Below the pieces are notes generated by a model, which was not told the origin of the DNA, ran no database searches, and was given only the letters and a program-made list of their open reading frames with translations. Positions 32,632 through 45,427 of a stretch of 64,000 bases of DNA are shown one piece after another (within the stretch, counting starts at the first letter, position 1; each line of letters starts with the position of its first letter). The DNA lies in assembly GCA_963772725.1 (NCBI GenBank), contig CAVYYI010000001.1, forward strand, positions 704,001-768,000, written 5' to 3'. The stretch comes from an uncultured Phycisphaerales bacterium (GTDB taxonomy: Bacteria; Planctomycetota; Phycisphaerae; Sedimentisphaerales; Anaerobacaceae). The position numbers were made by a program, and so were the translations under genes.

Positions 32632-33372
32632 TCAGTATTTTATCCACATCAGGCACAAGCCCTGAGGGGGTGCGATTGGTCCCGCTGCGGTGCGGGTTTT
32701 GGCGTCGAGGATTTCCGTAATTTTTTCGGGTTTCCATCTGCCTCGGCCTATTTCGCTTAGTGTCCCGATAATATTTCTTACCATATTATACAAGAAACCG
32801 TCGCCTTCGACATCAATATAAATCCAATCTTTTTCGGATGCGGCGTCGCAGCGGAAAATTGTTCTTACGGAGTTTTCCCGCTGGTCGTCAGCGGAGGCAA
32901 AAGATTTGAAATCTTTTTTACCAAGCAGAAATTTAGCCGCTGTGTTCATTGCGGCAATATCAAGTTTTTCCGGCAGATGCCAGCAGCGTCTTATATGCAA
33001 AACAGGCCGAACAGGATTTGTGCAGATTGTGTAGCGATACAGTTTATTTGTAACATCGCTTATTACGTCAAAACCCATCGGTACTTCTGCGGCATCAATG
33101 ATTGCGATATCTTTGGGCAGCCGGTCTGTGATTGCTTTAGCGAAGTTCTCTGTTGGTATTGGCGAATCGATTTGGAATAGTGCAGCCTGCCCCAAGGCAC
33201 TTACGCCGGCGTCGGTTCTGCTTGCCCCTGTTATTCTGACCTCAAAGCCAACGAGATTTTGAATAGCATCAGTAAGCACGCCCTGAATAGTCTGTCTCCC
33301 CGGCTGAATCTGCCAGCCGGAGTAGTCGCTGCCGTCATATTGAACCGTTAATTTGATATTTCGCAAGGCCAT
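32632..33372 (-). CDS. truA: tRNA pseudouridine(38-40) synthase
   Basis: YDGSDYSGWQ, ASRTDAGV, GFLYNMVR and APPQGLCL. Confidence 0.95.
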   Translation of the reverse strand: MALRNIKLTVQYDGSDYSGWQIQPGRQTIQGVLTDAIQNLVGFEVRITGASRTDAGVSALGQAALFQIDSPIPTENFAKAITDRLPKDIAIIDAAEVPMGFDVISDVTNKLYRYTICTNPVRPVLHIRRCWHLPEKLDIAAMNTAAKFLLGKKDFKSFASADDQRENSVRTIFRCDAASEKDWIYIDVEGDGFLYNMVRNIIGTLSEIGRGRWKPEKITEILDAKTRTAAGPIAPPQGLCLMWIKY

Positions 33373-33375
33373 TTA

Positions 33376-33818
33376 AGAAGTCCAGAAGCCTGAATTCCAG
33401 AAGCCGGAATAAAAACAGAACAAAATTATTCAGAATTGTCGATTCTGAGTTTATATGTATAAGAACTCAGAAGCTTGCTTGTTTCCTCAAGTTCTTTCAT
33501 TAATTGGTTGGTATCACCATAACAAAGGTCTTTTATAAGAATCAGATAATATCTGACTTCTTCAAGCGAACCATGAGCAATGTTAAAATAGCGTGCTTTA
33601 TCGGCTTTACCTCTTTTGCAAAATCCCTCTGCAATATTTGCCGGTATTGAAACGGCTGCCCGCCGAATTTTGGGAATTCCTGAGTAAGATGATAAATACC
33701 AATCACGAGCCTATGTGCTTTCTGCCACACCAGAAGGTCTTCAAACTTTGTTGCAGGTTTTAAAATCATGATTTAATTTTTCCATTCTAACTTCTGGACT
33801 TCCGGACTTCTGGCTTCT
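33376..33818. repeat. inverted 7/8-mer arrays flanking the four-helix-bundle gene
   Basis: AGAAGTCCAGAAGCCTGAATTCCAGAAGCCGGAAT (33376-33410) vs ATTCTAACTTCTGGACTTCCGGACTTCTGGCTTCT (33784-33818). Confidence 0.7.
33426..33769 (-). pseudogene. four-helix-bundle (23S rRNA IVP-like) protein with internal deletion and frameshift
   Basis: FEDLLVWQKAH...FPK then, in another frame, RRAAVSIPANIAEG...IAHGSLEE; the usual E.YGLTSQ segment is missing. Confidence 0.8.
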
Positions 33819-34818
33819 AAATCAGTTTTTCTGCGATTTGTACAGCGTTTAGAGCGGCGCCTTTTCGCAACTGGTCGCCGACGACCCAGAGATTTATGCC
33901 GCGATTGTCCGGTATCGATTCATCCTGTCGAATTCTGCCGACAAAAACATCGTCCTTTCCGGAGGCGTCTATCGGCATCGGGAAGCGGTTATTTTTGCAG
34001 TCATCAATTATAGAAACACCCGGCGCGGTGCTGAGAAGGTCTCTTACCTCGCCCGGCGTGATAGGGTCGGTAAATTCAAGATTAATGCTTTCGCTGTGTG
34101 CTCTTAAAACGGGAACACGCACACAGGTACAGGTAATCGCGATACTTGTGCAGTCGAAAATCTTCCTGGTTTCTTTGACCATTTTTATCTCTTCCTCATT
34201 GTAGCCGTTCGGGCCTATAGCCGAATTGTGGCAGTAAAGATTAAAAGCGAGCTGATAAGGAAGCATTTTACAGGTTGGTTGTTTGCCATCAAGCAATTCC
34301 CGAGTTTGAGTTTCCAGTTCCACCATCGCGGAATGTCCTGCGCCGCTGGCGGCCTGATAAGTGCTTACTATCATTCTTTTGACCGGATTGGCTTTGTGCA
34401 AAGGCCAAACAGGCACAATGGCGATAATTGTAGAGCAGTTGGGATTGGCGATTATGCCCTTGTGTTCGCGGATTTTCTGCGGATTTATTTCCGGTATCAC
34501 AAGCGGAACTGTGGGGTCCATTCGGTATGCTGAGGAATTGTCCACTACAACGGCGCCATCTTTAACCGCGGCAGGACCGAATTCTCTGCTTCTCGAAGCG
34601 CCAGCGCTGAAAAGAGCTATATCGATGCCTTTAAAACTGTCCTTTGTCATTTCTTCAACGGTATAGTCCTTGTTTTTGAAAGTGATTGTTTTGCCTGCTG
34701 AGCGGCTGCTCGCGAGCATTTTAAGCGAATCAAAGGGGAAATCCCGCTGTTCGAGAATTGCCAGAAACTCCTGGCCCACAGCGCCGGTTACTCCTGCTAT
34801 TGCCACATTACAACCCAT
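33817..34818 (-). CDS. asd: aspartate-semialdehyde dehydrogenase
   Basis: GVTGAVG, DNSSAYR, NPNCST, YQAASGAG and DQLRKGAALNAVQI. Confidence 0.96.
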   Translation of the reverse strand: MGCNVAIAGVTGAVGQEFLAILEQRDFPFDSLKMLASSRSAGKTITFKNKDYTVEEMTKDSFKGIDIALFSAGASRSREFGPAAVKDGAVVVDNSSAYRMDPTVPLVIPEINPQKIREHKGIIANPNCSTIIAIVPVWPLHKANPVKRMIVSTYQAASGAGHSAMVELETQTRELLDGKQPTCKMLPYQLAFNLYCHNSAIGPNGYNEEEIKMVKETRKIFDCTSIAITCTCVRVPVLRAHSESINLEFTDPITPGEVRDLLSTAPGVSIIDDCKNNRFPMPIDASGKDDVFVGRIRQDESIPDNRGINLWVVGDQLRKGAALNAVQIAEKLI

Positions 34819-34984
34819 ACTAAACTCCTAAAATGTTTTAGTTTATCGGTATTTCTAAAACCACATCCATTTAAAAAATTTACACAATTCTACAAACTAA
34901 CATTTTTACAGATTAAATACAATAGCCTTGTTAAAAATGAGGCTAATAATATAAATTAGGCATTCTTCTAACAGGCAGACATCT

Positions 34985-36454
34985 TTATGGTATATTCAGC
35001 GTGATAAGGCGTTTGTAATTTCTATCCTGAACAAGGAGCATAACAGTTTTGCCTTTTTCAGCCTCTTTAATTGCCCTGTTAAATTCACTTACATTTTTAA
35101 CGGGTTTCCTGTTGACCTCAATAATTAATGTTCCGACGCTAATACCCGCGAAGTCTGCCAATGAACCCGACTCAACGGCGGTAACAACCACTCCGGTTGT
35201 ATTTTTATAGCCAAGCCGGTCGGCTATTTCGCTGGTAAGATTCTGAACGCTGAGACCGAGTTTTTCAACGCTTCCTCCCTGTTCCGCGGATGCGAGTGCC
35301 TCTTCCGAGGGGCGTTTGCCGAGTTCGACAGTAATATATTTCTTCTTATTATCGCGCAAAACATCCAGTTTGACCTTTGTGCCGGGTTTCAGCATTGCTA
35401 TCTTATTTCTGAATGTATCCGATTTTTCCACCGGTTTGCCGTCAACCGCAACGATAATGTCGTATTGTTTGAGACCGGCTTTATCAGCGGGAGAGCCTTC
35501 GGTAACATCCGCAATCACTGCGCCTTTAACATCTTTGTCAACATTAAGCGTCTTTACCAGTTCTTCGGTCAGGTCCTGCAGTGTAACACCAATAAATCCT
35601 CGAACAACTTCACCGCCGTGTTTGATTTGTTCATAGGCGTTTTTCGCGAGATTAATCGGTATTGCTAATCCTATGCCGATATTACCGCTCGAACCGATTA
35701 TCGCGGTATTTATGCCGACAGCTTTGCCATCGAGATTGAGCAGTGGACCGCCGGAATTGCCGGGATTGATGGCGGCATCTGTCTGTATGAAATCGTCAAA
35801 GCTTGTAAGACCAATTTTCCTGCTCTTTGCGCTTACTATGCCGGCTGTTACCGTATGCGATAAACCGAAGGGATTACCGATTGCGACAACCCATTCCCCG
35901 ACTTCCAGTGCATCGGAATCACCCAGTTCAAGGTAAGGATAATTATTTCCCTCAATTTTTATAACCGCGACATCGGATTCTGGATCCCTTCCGATAATTT
36001 TGGCCTCCACCTCAGAAGAATCTCCGACTTTAACTTTAATTTTGTCCGCGTTTTCCACCATGTGATTATTCGTCAGGATATAGCCATCAGGAGAAATAAT
36101 AAATCCCGACCCCTGTGCCTCCATACGCGGCTGAGACCTTTGTCCTCGTCCACGAGGCATTTGCCGACCATGGAAGAAAAAGTCGAAGAAATCGTCATCG
36201 AACGGGTTGCCGAACGGCGATTCCGCGGATGGATACTCGCGATTTACGGTTCTTTCCATTTTAATACCGACGACAGCCGGGGAAGCTTTTCCCGCAATGG
36301 TGGAAAAAGCCTTGCCCATTTGGCGAAGCATATCGATACTGCTGTTATCCGCCCCCCAAAGCGATACAGGCGTAATTAACAGCAAAAGTGTCACAACGAT
36401 AGTTGAAAAGTGCTGCGGCATGGTTCTTTTGTGTCTGACAATGACAGTCTTCAT
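34985..36454 (-). CDS. HtrA/DegQ (Do) serine protease with two PDZ domains
   Basis: GSGFII, TNNHMV and QTDAAINPGNSGGPL; signal peptide; two PDZ domains. Confidence 0.93.
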   Translation of the reverse strand: MKTVIVRHKRTMPQHFSTIVVTLLLLITPVSLWGADNSSIDMLRQMGKAFSTIAGKASPAVVGIKMERTVNREYPSAESPFGNPFDDDFFDFFFHGRQMPRGRGQRSQPRMEAQGSGFIISPDGYILTNNHMVENADKIKVKVGDSSEVEAKIIGRDPESDVAVIKIEGNNYPYLELGDSDALEVGEWVVAIGNPFGLSHTVTAGIVSAKSRKIGLTSFDDFIQTDAAINPGNSGGPLLNLDGKAVGINTAIIGSSGNIGIGLAIPINLAKNAYEQIKHGGEVVRGFIGVTLQDLTEELVKTLNVDKDVKGAVIADVTEGSPADKAGLKQYDIIVAVDGKPVEKSDTFRNKIAMLKPGTKVKLDVLRDNKKKYITVELGKRPSEEALASAEQGGSVEKLGLSVQNLTSEIADRLGYKNTTGVVVTAVESGSLADFAGISVGTLIIEVNRKPVKNVSEFNRAIKEAEKGKTVMLLVQDRNYKRLITLNIP

Positions 36455-36708
36455 AATTTTTTCTCCTAAAAATGTCACATAATTTTCTTAAAAACAAGAA
36501 TTTAACATCCAAACCCAAAAAACAGATATGATTTTTTACGATTTTACTGCCAATAAGTTCAAAATGCCAAAAAATAATTTTTTCTTAGCAAAAGTCAGAA
36601 AATTAATATAAGATTTTAAATTGCGGAACTTAGGGTATTGTTAATTGTATAACCCAATAGAGATGCTCAGTTATTTAGGTAAACAATGCATAATAACCCA
36701 TAAAATAG

Positions 36709-37647
36709 ATGAGACACAAAATGGCTGAGGTTGAAATAAACATAAAATACAGAAGAAGGCCGTCGATAGCATTGATGCTTTCGCTTATTATGCCGGGACT
36801 TGGGCATATATATTGCGGAAGAATTGTAAAAGGGCTTGTATTTGTCTTGTTAAATTCAATACCATTTTTAGGATTACTTTTCACCTATGCGTCTATCGGA
36901 ACGATAACTTTACTGATAATGATATTTGTTTCGTTTGGAATTTTTCTTACAGCGATAATTGATTCTTATTATATCGCCAAACATACAAGGCTGGATTATG
37001 AGTTGAAAGATTATAACCGGTGGTATGTATACGTACTTTTGATTATTCTGAGTACGTTTAGTTCAAAAGAGGCAGCATTAAACTTTAAAAATAACTACCT
37101 TGAAGCATTTCGTATGAGCACATCGTCGTCTATGTATCCGACGATTGCGCCTCAAGACAGATTCTTGGTAGATAAAATTTTATACAAAAAAGAAAATCCT
37201 AAACGAGGTGATGTTGTTGTTTTTATTTCTCCTGATAATCGCAACGTGAGCTATATAAAAAGAATTGTAGCCGTTGCGGGTGATACGGTCGAAATGAAAA
37301 ACAACGAACTGTATATAAACTGCAAAAAACTCGAAAGGGCAAAGACTGGTCAATTGATTTCAAATGGCCCCAAGCATACGGAAAAAGGACAGGTTTTTAT
37401 TGAGAACAACGGCCAAACCGAATATAAAATCTTTTTGGCCGATGTCAATTATGCAAAAGAACAAGGCGTTGCTGATTTTGCTGAAATAACCGTACCTAAG
37501 AATTATTGTTTTGTCCTCGGGGATAATAGAAATAATTCATGGGACAGCAGAAACTTTGGACCTATTCCTTTGGCTACAATCAAAGGTAAAGCTGAATATA
37601 TCTACTGGCCGGCCAAAGATTGGTCAGATTTTGGAAAAATCCAATAA
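36709..37647 (+). CDS. lepB: signal peptidase I with extended N-terminal membrane domain
   Basis: SSMYPT, RGDVVVF, YIKRIVA and GDNRNNSWDSR; N-terminal LSLIMPGLGHIY. Confidence 0.88.
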   Translation: MRHKMAEVEINIKYRRRPSIALMLSLIMPGLGHIYCGRIVKGLVFVLLNSIPFLGLLFTYASIGTITLLIMIFVSFGIFLTAIIDSYYIAKHTRLDYELKDYNRWYVYVLLIILSTFSSKEAALNFKNNYLEAFRMSTSSSMYPTIAPQDRFLVDKILYKKENPKRGDVVVFISPDNRNVSYIKRIVAVAGDTVEMKNNELYINCKKLERAKTGQLISNGPKHTEKGQVFIENNGQTEYKIFLADVNYAKEQGVADFAEITVPKNYCFVLGDNRNNSWDSRNFGPIPLATIKGKAEYIYWPAKDWSDFGKIQ

Positions 37648-37680
37648 TACAAAAGCCCCGGGGAGCCGGGGCTTTGTATT
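37646..37680. terminator. bidirectional intrinsic terminator
   Basis: AATACAAAAGCCCCGG-loop-CCGGGGCTTTGTATT between convergent genes. Confidence 0.8.
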
Positions 37681-37702
37681 GCAAATAACTTGAATTGAGG
37701 TT

Positions 37703-38794
37703 CTATTTTACTTCGTCATCAATCCAGCCGACCAGTTCTTTAACGTCGTTCAGGGTAATATCGCCCATGTGAGCGATTCTGAAGGTTTTGTCCTTGAGGT
37801 CGCCGTAACCGTTGCCGAAAGCGGTATTATGCTTCTGCTGGACGGCTTTGATTACGTCTCCGACGTTGATATTCTTCGTATTCGTAACTGTGGTAAGAGT
37901 ATTGGAAGCATACTTTTCCTCGCAGAACAGTGCGAATCTTTCTTTAGCCCAGCCGCGTACGAAATCTGCCATAGTTTTGTGGCGTTTCCAGACATTATCC
38001 ATACCTTCGGCGAGCAGTTTCTGGCACTGATAGTTCAATGCATAGATATGAGGAATGCTCGGCGTGGTCGGGGTCTGGTTTTTCTCAGCTGACTTTGCGA
38101 AAGACACAAAATCAAAATAGTAGCCGCGTCCCGGGACGGTCTTACTCTTGGCAAGTGCGCGATTGCTGACGGCCGCTACCGCGAATCCCGGCGGAATCGC
38201 AAAGGCTTTTTGAACTGAGGCGAAAGCGACATCCCAGCCTAATTGATCAAAATGCATCGGCATACCAACCATCGCGCTGACGCAATCGACAAAGACCAGC
38301 ACGTCTGGATATTTCTTTTTCAGCATCTCACTTATTTCATATACAGGGTTAATCAGGCCAGTGCTTGTTTCGCTGTAAACAAGGGTAATGGCGGCGAATT
38401 TGCCCGAAGCGAGTTTCTTGTCAATCATCTCGGGTGTGGTGGGTTTGCCCCATTCGACTTTAAGCTCTTCTGATTTTTCTGCCGCACGATTTCGACCACA
38501 TCAGCCCATTTATCGCTGAATGCGCCGCACATCGTGCAGAGAACTGTTTCATCAAAGCCGACGCAATTGCGAATTGCCGCTTCCCAGATGACCCGACGCT
38601 GATGATGTTACCAGGAAAACGTTCTGCTGAGTGAATAGGATTTTTTTCAGCATATCAACTGTCTCGAGCTGCAGTTGAGCATACTCTTTGCCGCGATGGC
38701 CAAGTGTCGGCCTTGCGAGTTGCAGAAGCACATCGTCTTTAACATGAACCGGGCCCGGGATAAATAATCTCGGTGGATTTCTCCAATCTGCCAT
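37703..38794 (-). CDS. class V PLP aminotransferase (alanine-glyoxylate/serine-pyruvate type), frameshifted
   Basis: LFIPGPV, HRG, SETSTG, VDCVS, SVQKAFAIPPG and FRIAHMG. Confidence 0.85.
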
Positions 38795-38825
38795 ATTTTG
38801 AACTCCTATAAAAAGTTAATATTTG

Positions 38826-40130
38826 TTAATAGTTAAACCTGTAAAAACCTTCGGATAAAAGTAAGTCGATTTCTGCGGCATTTTTTCGCCCGTGGTCGGC
38901 GACCATCTGAATCTGTTTTATCCTTGGCGGATTCATAAAAAATACCACCTGTTTTTTACCGCTGTCAACATTTGCAATCGACTCATCTATGGCGTTGTCA
39001 GTGTCTTTTATATACTCGATATTGCTCTGGTTTGCCAGTTTTTTCTCGTCGATACCAAGCAGCTTTTCAAGGATTAATTTATGCAGTATCGCCACATCCA
39101 GCGAACTCCATGCATCGACTCATTTTCTGGTGCAGCCAAATCCATAGCTTTTTTATTGTTAAGAACAGCCACAAAAAAGCTCTTGTTGCCGCTATAAATT
39201 CCAAAAGCATTTCTTCTTTGTCATATTCTGCCTTCATCTCGGAAAGCATCTTTCTGTTTTGCATCGGTCTTCCGGCAGGGGAATCGAATTCATATTACTT
39301 AATTTCGAAATTCGTCTTTAAGGCCTTTGAATAATTTACCCAAGCTCGAAATCTTCGACATTGCTAACAACTCGATGTGTAGCCAAGACCAACAAGCCCT
39401 CGTTTTTGGTATTTGTAAACGCAATCATCTGGTATGCAGCATTTGGATTGCCTGTTTCTTTATAATAATTCAGGCCGGTCTCATAGCGATGATGCCCATC
39501 AGCTATAATACAGCTTTTATTGCTCATCATTTTCGCGATAGCTTCTATGTCTGTTTGCTTTGTTATTGCAAAAACGCGATGTCGAACGTTCTGGTCATCA
39601 ATGAAATCGATGAGAGGTTTACCAGTTATTACTTCGGCGATGATTTTGTCGGCGACTTTTTTTGTATCTTCATAAAGCATAAATACAAGGCCAAACACGG
39701 CGGCGGTTGCTCTTTGAAGATTGAGCCTGTCTATTCGCGGGCCGGTTAATGTCTGTTCGTGCGGCCTGACAATTTTGCCGAACTCTTCCAGTTTGCCAAG
39801 GGCAATAAAACTCAACCGCTGAAAATGCCGGCCGCCGACATCGAAATTCTGTACATAACCATAAATAGTTTCACTGCTGTCCTGTTTGAGAACGCCTTTT
39901 GCGATCCAGTCTTTGAAATATTCTGCCGCCCGCGTGTATTGGTTGTTTGTTTCGTTGTCGGCAGATGTGGTTTTACCTTTTATTATTCGAATGATGTTGT
40001 ACTGATTTTTTTCATAGAGCTGCTCCTGCTGCTTTTCATTGATAACATCGTAAGGCGGCGATATGCAGTCGCCGGCGTTTCCGACCGTTTTATCATCGAA
40101 CCTAAATGCTTTGAACGGCTTAATTTCCAT
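38826..40130 (-). CDS. DUF1015 family protein (frameshifted 3' part)
   Basis: IKPFKA, SPPYDVI, RPHEQT and IADGHHRYET; family commonly found beside serine-pathway aminotransferases. Confidence 0.85.
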
Positions 40131-40182
40131 ACTAAACCCTAATCTTTTTCATTTAAGAAGTTACACCTTCTCTATGTTGTTT

Positions 40183-41727
<1,545 letters not shown>

Positions 41728-41760
41728 AGTAAAACTTTTTGATAATCGGTTTCCCAATAA

Positions 41761-42615
41761 TCAATCGTTCAATCCTATTTTACATCTATGTTTGTTATAT
41801 TGTTCATGGGCATTCTTCTCCAGGCTTTTATAGGCGTTGAGTCTTTTAATCATCAGGTCGAAATTGACTTTATGCCCGTCGAATTCCGGCCCATCAACGC
41901 AAACAAATTGCGGCTTGCCGTCGACTTCCACACGGCATCCGCCGCACATCCCGGTGCCGTCAACCATAATTGTATTAAGAGAAACTTCCGTCGGCACATT
42001 GAACTGCTTTGTAACTGCGCAGCAGAATTTCATCATTATCGCCGGGCCGATTACCAATGCCAGATTCGGCTTTGGGTTTCTCTGGCAAATTTCTTTAAGC
42101 GGCTCAGTTACCAGTGCTTTTCTGCCATAAGAACCGTCATCGGTAACGATTATCAATTCATCGCTCAGCTTTGAAAACTCATCTTCGAGAATGAGCAGTT
42201 CTTTATTTCTCGCGCCGAGAATGCTGATTACTTTATTGCCGGCATTTTTCAATGCGTTGGCGATCGGCAGAAGCGGGGCATTGCCGATTCCGCCGCCGAC
42301 ACAGACTACCGTACCGAACTTTTCAATATATGTCGGTTTTCCCAGAGGTCCGGCTATGTTGTCGATCTCGTCGCCGACTTTTAAGTCAGCCATTTCTGCG
42401 GTAGTTTTACCTACCCGCTGCCAAATCAGGCGAATAGTGCCTTTTTGAGGGTTCGCGTCCGCGATTGTCAGCGGAATCCGTTCGCAATAATCGGTATTTA
42501 TGCTGACAATAACAAATTGGCCGGGTTTTCTCGCCTTGGCAATGAGCGAGGCCTCTACCTCAATGGTAAAGACATTTTCCGACAACTGTTTTTTTGATAT
42601 TATCCTGTGCGACAC
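41761..42615 (-). CDS. NfnA/SudB (PyrK-like FAD/[2Fe-2S]) subunit
   Basis: PGQFVI, ERIPLTI, GGGIG, MVDGTGMCGGCR and CVDGPEFD. Confidence 0.9.
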   Translation of the reverse strand: MSHRIISKKQLSENVFTIEVEASLIAKARKPGQFVIVSINTDYCERIPLTIADANPQKGTIRLIWQRVGKTTAEMADLKVGDEIDNIAGPLGKPTYIEKFGTVVCVGGGIGNAPLLPIANALKNAGNKVISILGARNKELLILEDEFSKLSDELIIVTDDGSYGRKALVTEPLKEICQRNPKPNLALVIGPAIMMKFCCAVTKQFNVPTEVSLNTIMVDGTGMCGGCRVEVDGKPQFVCVDGPEFDGHKVNFDLMIKRLNAYKSLEKNAHEQYNKHRCKIGLND

Positions 42616-42712
42616 GTTTACTTTCGCCTAAAATATAAAAACATCATTATATCATAGAAGAGACCGGAGAGTTTAAGACTGATAGCTGGTACATAAAAAC
42701 GCTGCTTCAAAC

Positions 42713-43039
42713 TCACAGCAGTTCATCAATGGCGGCGGAAATATTTTTTTTGCTTGTCAGGCCAACCCATTTTTTCTGAACCTGTCCGTTTTTGAACAGA
42801 ATTATGGTTGGTATGGCGTTTATGCCAAACTCCATCGCGCTGTCGCGGGCGTCATCGGTATTGAGTTTACAGATTTTGGCTTTATCGGCATATTCCGCCC
42901 CAATCTCGTTTATGATAGGAGCCATCATTTTGCACGGCCCGCACCACGGCGCCCAGAAATCGACCAGCACAGGCTCGGTTGAATTGTGAACCACATCGTC
43001 AAAAATCGCATCATCTAATTCTATTACATTTTCGGACAT
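42713..43039 (-). CDS. trxA: thioredoxin
   Basis: VDFWAPWCGPCK. Confidence 0.95.
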   Translation of the reverse strand: MSENVIELDDAIFDDVVHNSTEPVLVDFWAPWCGPCKMMAPIINEIGAEYADKAKICKLNTDDARDSAMEFGINAIPTIILFKNGQVQKKWVGLTSKKNISAAIDELL

Positions 43040-43073
43040 TGTTTTCGTTCCTTCTAAATCCTGAGTAGCTTTT

Positions 43074-43102
43074 ATTCTATTTATGTCTATGGTTCTTGTC
43101 AA
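43074..43102 (-). promoter_or_regulatory. sigma70 promoter of trxA
   Basis: TTGACA-17 bp-TAGAAT on the minus strand. Confidence 0.65.
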
Positions 43103-43110
43103 ATAATAAT

Positions 43111-44130
43111 TTACGGTTCGTCCAAAGATTCGGCAGGCGGCTGGATTTGTTCGTCAGTCATTGTCGTAGTATCTGAGTCAGACTCAGGCGGCAGTTCTAC
43201 GATAGGAATTGCTGGTTGCTCTTGCGACTCGATTTGGGCTTCTGTTCTTTCCGGTTCCTCATCGTTTTCGAGAGGCAAATCCTCGATTTCTTCGATATTT
43301 TCATCTGATAACTGCTCAGTTTCCTGTTCCGCGGTCTGTTTGTTTTCTTCGGAGCGGCTGTGCGACAACAGTGTCGCGTTTTGTACTGCCAACTCAGCCG
43401 GTTCTTCGGTCAAGGCCCGTAGATAGAGCGACGTCGAATTCTCCGGCTGTTCAACCCACACGAGTTTTTCGCGAACTAATTCGAGTATCGCCAGAAAATA
43501 CCCGACAAGCACCATTCTGCTGTTTTTCCCTTCGAAAATTCGCTCAAAGACAGTGGGGCCTTCTGTCTGAAGGCGATGCAGGATTTCTATCTGATATAAA
43601 TCTATCGGCGTATCATCCGTTATGTGCCTTATATCCATATACGAACCGGTAGCGGTCATTATTGAGTCGAATGCTTCGAGAAGGTCCCAGATACTGACCT
43701 GCTCAAGGTCAATCTGTGGTTCGGAATTGGGTCTTAGCTGCTCAATAATCGTATTGGGACGTGCGAAACGCTCCCGCTGTTCTTCCGCGGCGCCGCCAAG
43801 TAAATTCGCAGCATCCTTAAATTTTTTATAATCGAGAAGCTGGCGGATAAGTTCGGCTCTCGGGTCGCTGCTGTCAGCGTCTATTTGTTCGGTGTCCGCT
43901 TTGGGCAGCAGCATAGCGGATTTTATGTGTATCAGTGTCGCCGCCATTACCAGAAAATCGCCGGCTAAATCAATATCAATACTTTTGAGCATATCGACAT
44001 AGTGGATGTACTGGTCGGTTATCCTGGTGATGGAAATATCATAGATATCCACCTCATCTTTGCGGATAAGATACAGCAGCAGGTCCAAAGGACCGGCAAA
44101 AACATCAAGATTTACACGATAGTCGCTCAA
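43111..44130 (-). CDS. scpA: segregation and condensation protein A with acidic C-terminal tail
   Basis: FAGPLDLLLYLI, FLVMAATL..IKS..LLP and FLAILEL. Confidence 0.92.
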   Translation of the reverse strand: MSDYRVNLDVFAGPLDLLLYLIRKDEVDIYDISITRITDQYIHYVDMLKSIDIDLAGDFLVMAATLIHIKSAMLLPKADTEQIDADSSDPRAELIRQLLDYKKFKDAANLLGGAAEEQRERFARPNTIIEQLRPNSEPQIDLEQVSIWDLLEAFDSIMTATGSYMDIRHITDDTPIDLYQIEILHRLQTEGPTVFERIFEGKNSRMVLVGYFLAILELVREKLVWVEQPENSTSLYLRALTEEPAELAVQNATLLSHSRSEENKQTAEQETEQLSDENIEEIEDLPLENDEEPERTEAQIESQEQPAIPIVELPPESDSDTTTMTDEQIQPPAESLDEP

Positions 44131-44417
44131 GTATTTTCGTCCTCATCCTCTTCATCGAGGTCAGATTCCATTTCTTCGGGCATATCAATATTTTCAGCGG
44201 GATCATGTTCCATTGAATCCAATATTTCCAAAGCTTCTTTTGCTTTGTTCTCAAAAACCTGCAGTTCGCACTCCATCATCGGCACAAACGAATAAATATT
44301 AGACGCATTCGCGCCCATCACTACGGCCTCTATACCGCAATCTTCAAGAAATTGCTTTGCAAGCTCTGCCCGCATATAATCTGCGTATTTAGCAATAGTA
44401 ACAAGCTTATCAGCCAT
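44127..44417 (-). CDS. DUF2007-like putative signal-transducing protein
   Basis: AELAKQFLEDCGI...LQV....A..AL pattern; 96 aa. Confidence 0.7.
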   Translation of the reverse strand: MADKLVTIAKYADYMRAELAKQFLEDCGIEAVVMGANASNIYSFVPMMECELQVFENKAKEALEILDSMEHDPAENIDMPEEMESDLDEEDEDENT

Positions 44418-44418
44418 T

Positions 44419-45384
44419 TTACCTCCTTATGCCAACAGCATTTCTAACCTTTTCGAGGGTTTGGCAGGCAATTATTCTCGCTCTTTCAGCACCATTTGTC
44501 AAAACCTGTTTTACTCGCTTAATATCATTTTCAAGTTCTGTCCTTTTTTGTCTGTATGGCCTGAAGTATTCTATCAGGAGTTCGGCAAGCCTCTTTTTGG
44601 CCTCTCCGTATCCCATACCGCCGCCCAGGTACCTGTTTCTCCATTGTGCCAATTCTTCCTGTGAGGCCACAAGTTTCAAAAGCGCGAAAACGTTGCATTT
44701 ATCGGGGTCTTTCGGTTCTTCCACGGGCGTCGAATCCGTAACAATCTTCATAACCTTCTTTTTGACATCTTTTTCCGGCTCGAATATCTCTATGGTGTTG
44801 CCGTAACTTTTGCTCATTTTGCGTCCGTCTATGCCAGGCACTACCGCGACAGATTCTATAATATATTCATCGGGCAAAGTAAGTATTTCGCCATAAGTAT
44901 TATTGAAGTATCCCGCGATGTCGCGGGTAACCTCTATGTGCTGTTTCTGGTCTGCTCCGACAGGGACAAGATTGCTATTAAAGATAAGTATGTCCGCAGC
45001 CTGGAGAACCGGGTACGCGAACAGGCCGTGATTAGCGCTGATACCCTGTGCGATTTTATCCTTGTAACTCGTGCATCTTTGCAGCAGGCCCATCGGGGTG
45101 ATGCACGACAGAATCCACATCAGTTCCGTAACTTCAGGCACATCAGACTGCCGCCAGAAAACGGTTTTTTCTGTGTCCAGCCCCAGCGCGATATAATCCA
45201 TCGTTACATCAAGAGTATGTTTTGCCACATCATCAGGCGCCGGATTGCTCGTCAGCGCATGATAATCAGCGATAAAGTAAAAACCATCGTGCTTTGCCTG
45301 CAGTTCTAAATGCTGCCGCATCGCCCCGAAATAGTTACCTATATGCAGCCGACCCGAAGGCTGTATTCCCGAAAGTACACGCAA
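44419..45384 (-). CDS. trpS: tryptophanyl-tRNA synthetase
   Basis: SGIQPSG, HIGNY, YPVLQAADIL and KMSKS. Confidence 0.97.
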   Translation of the reverse strand: MRVLSGIQPSGRLHIGNYFGAMRQHLELQAKHDGFYFIADYHALTSNPAPDDVAKHTLDVTMDYIALGLDTEKTVFWRQSDVPEVTELMWILSCITPMGLLQRCTSYKDKIAQGISANHGLFAYPVLQAADILIFNSNLVPVGADQKQHIEVTRDIAGYFNNTYGEILTLPDEYIIESVAVVPGIDGRKMSKSYGNTIEIFEPEKDVKKKVMKIVTDSTPVEEPKDPDKCNVFALLKLVASQEELAQWRNRYLGGGMGYGEAKKRLAELLIEYFRPYRQKRTELENDIKRVKQVLTNGAERARIIACQTLEKVRNAVGIRR

Positions 45385-45427
45385 TCTAAATCTCCTGTTT
45401 TAACCACAAATTTCACTTAATAAATAT

